Part shown: one piece after another, positions 62,866 to 64,000 of the stretch
Layout of the letters: every line of letters starts with the position of its first letter
How positions within the stretch are numbered: position 1 is the first letter of the stretch
Origin: Candidatus Cloacimonadales bacterium
Lineage (GTDB): Bacteria; Cloacimonadota; Cloacimonadia; Cloacimonadales; DAONDQ01
Length of the DNA stretch: 64,000 nt
Reading direction: 5' to 3'
NCBI GenBank assembly: GCA_963662275.1
Contig: OY759316.1
Span: 448,001-512,000 of the forward strand
Notes under the pieces: generated by a model
Database searches by the model: none
What the model was told of the DNA's origin: nothing
Seen by the model: only the letters and a program-made list of their open reading frames with translations
Made by a program: the position numbers and the translations under genes

Positions 62866-63085
62866 AATTACTCCTTTATTATAATAACATTTATATTTAA
62901 GACATCCAAATCAGCAGAATACTTCAAATAAAGTTTATACTCTATATTCTAGTCTTTATTTCCCAGTTTCAAAGATAAATTGATTTTTGTGAATCCATAA
63001 CATAGAGCAAGAAGTATTTTTAATTTTGTTTTTCTTGCTTGTCAGGACATAATGAGGATTTTGGTCTTTGAAAGTGAGGATTTTC

Positions 63086-64000
63086 ATGAAATTTGATAAA
63101 ATAGAATTCCAGTCATTGCTGTTTAATGTTAATAAACCTTCCAGATATATCGATCACGAGATCAATACCTGTCATAAAACTCCTGGACTTGGTTCCGTTA
63201 ATTTTTGCCTGGCTTTCCCCGATGTTTATGAAGTCGGGATGTCACATCTGGGTTTGAAGATACTCTATAGCATACTGAATGCTGAGAATGATGCCATGGC
63301 AGATAGAGTATATGCTCCCTGGGTTGATTTTGGTGATGCTTTAAAGAAAAATAATATTCCATTGTTCGGTGTGGAAAGTAAAGTGGCTGTATCTGATTTT
63401 GATATTTTAGGTTTCACTCTTCAATCGGAATTAAATTTCTCCAATATTCTTTATATGCTGGATTTGGCTAAGATTCCCCTGCTATCTAAAGATAGAAGAG
63501 ACCATGATCCAGTTGTTATTACCGGTGGTCCTTGCGCTACAAATCCCGGAACCCTTTCTCCCTTCATTGATGCGTTCCTGATTGGAGAAGGGGAAGAGGC
63601 AATTATTGAAATCAAGGATGCGATGGCTGCTCATAAAAATGGCAGCAGGTCAGATAAACTGCTGGCATTAGAAAAGATAGAAGGAATGTATGTTCCCTCA
63701 GTTGTAGAGAGGAACTCCTATCCAGCGGTTGCACCTACTTCAGGAGGTTCTTCCCCGAAGTTCGAAGTTCGAAGTGCGAAGTGTGAAGTACAGAACCAGA
63801 ATAATGTAGCACTCACTACAGCAGGTTCTTATGTAGTACCTACTCTAGGAGGTTCTTCTAAACATACTGTGAAGATAAGAAAATATGCAGGATTTCCCGA
63901 TTATGAGAATACTCATGACAAGCAATTGATTGCCTGGCAGCATGCTACTCATGACCGTTATGTAGCAGAGATCATGCGTGGTTGTACACGAGGCTGCCGT
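63086..64000 (+). CDS. TIGR03960-type radical SAM protein, 3'-truncated by the window edge
   Basis: Hand translation: KPSRY...LAFPDVYEVGMSHLG...GGPC.TNP...GEGEE...EIMRGCTRGCR. Confidence 0.88.
   Translation, partial: MKFDKIEFQSLLFNVNKPSRYIDHEINTCHKTPGLGSVNFCLAFPDVYEVGMSHLGLKILYSILNAENDAMADRVYAPWVDFGDALKKNNIPLFGVESKVAVSDFDILGFTLQSELNFSNILYMLDLAKIPLLSKDRRDHDPVVITGGPCATNPGTLSPFIDAFLIGEGEEAIIEIKDAMAAHKNGSRSDKLLALEKIEGMYVPSVVERNSYPAVAPTSGGSSPKFEVRSAKCEVQNQNNVALTTAGSYVVPTLGGSSKHTVKIRKYAGFPDYENTHDKQLIAWQHATHDRYVAEIMRGCTRGCR

Overview
AT-rich chromosomal window from an anaerobic diderm bacterium. The gene style (FlgD/T9SS-like C-terminal domain, FGE-fold lipoproteins, TsaC-phosphatase and GlmL fusions) suggests Cloacimonadota, but that is inference only. 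Housekeeping genes include purL, asnS, glmM, queH, mutM, trxB, znuABC, pilD, an EnvC-like and a PpiD-like protein, with two oxidative-stress clusters (ferritin-fprA; dfx-rbr plus a rubredoxin missing from the ORF track). Accessory segments: (i) 9.6-15.2 kb, two paralogous FGE/C-type-lectin-fold surface proteins, the second ending in a GC-shifted, NNC-codon-rich segment that looks like a diversity-generating retroelement (DGR) variable repeat with no RT or template repeat found in the window, followed by REP-like doublets and a tyrosine recombinase + IS91-family transposase element bounded by GTT(G/C)AACAAG; (ii) 38.5-44.9 kb, a single-chain restriction-modification enzyme, a repeat lipoprotein, a HIRAN protein and a highly structured non-coding stretch; (iii) 46.4-49.1 kb, an uncharacterised two-gene unit (membrane-anchored trypsin-like protease + exported probable beta-barrel protein); (iv) 57-63 kb, an LPP20/FadL/CsgG-FlgT outer-membrane cluster. 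Several families of GTAG/GTGG-led hairpin repeats with compensatory stem changes are dispersed across the window and have invaded coding sequences. No rRNA, tRNA or CRISPR array was recognised. All calls come from reading motifs by eye; no database search was run.
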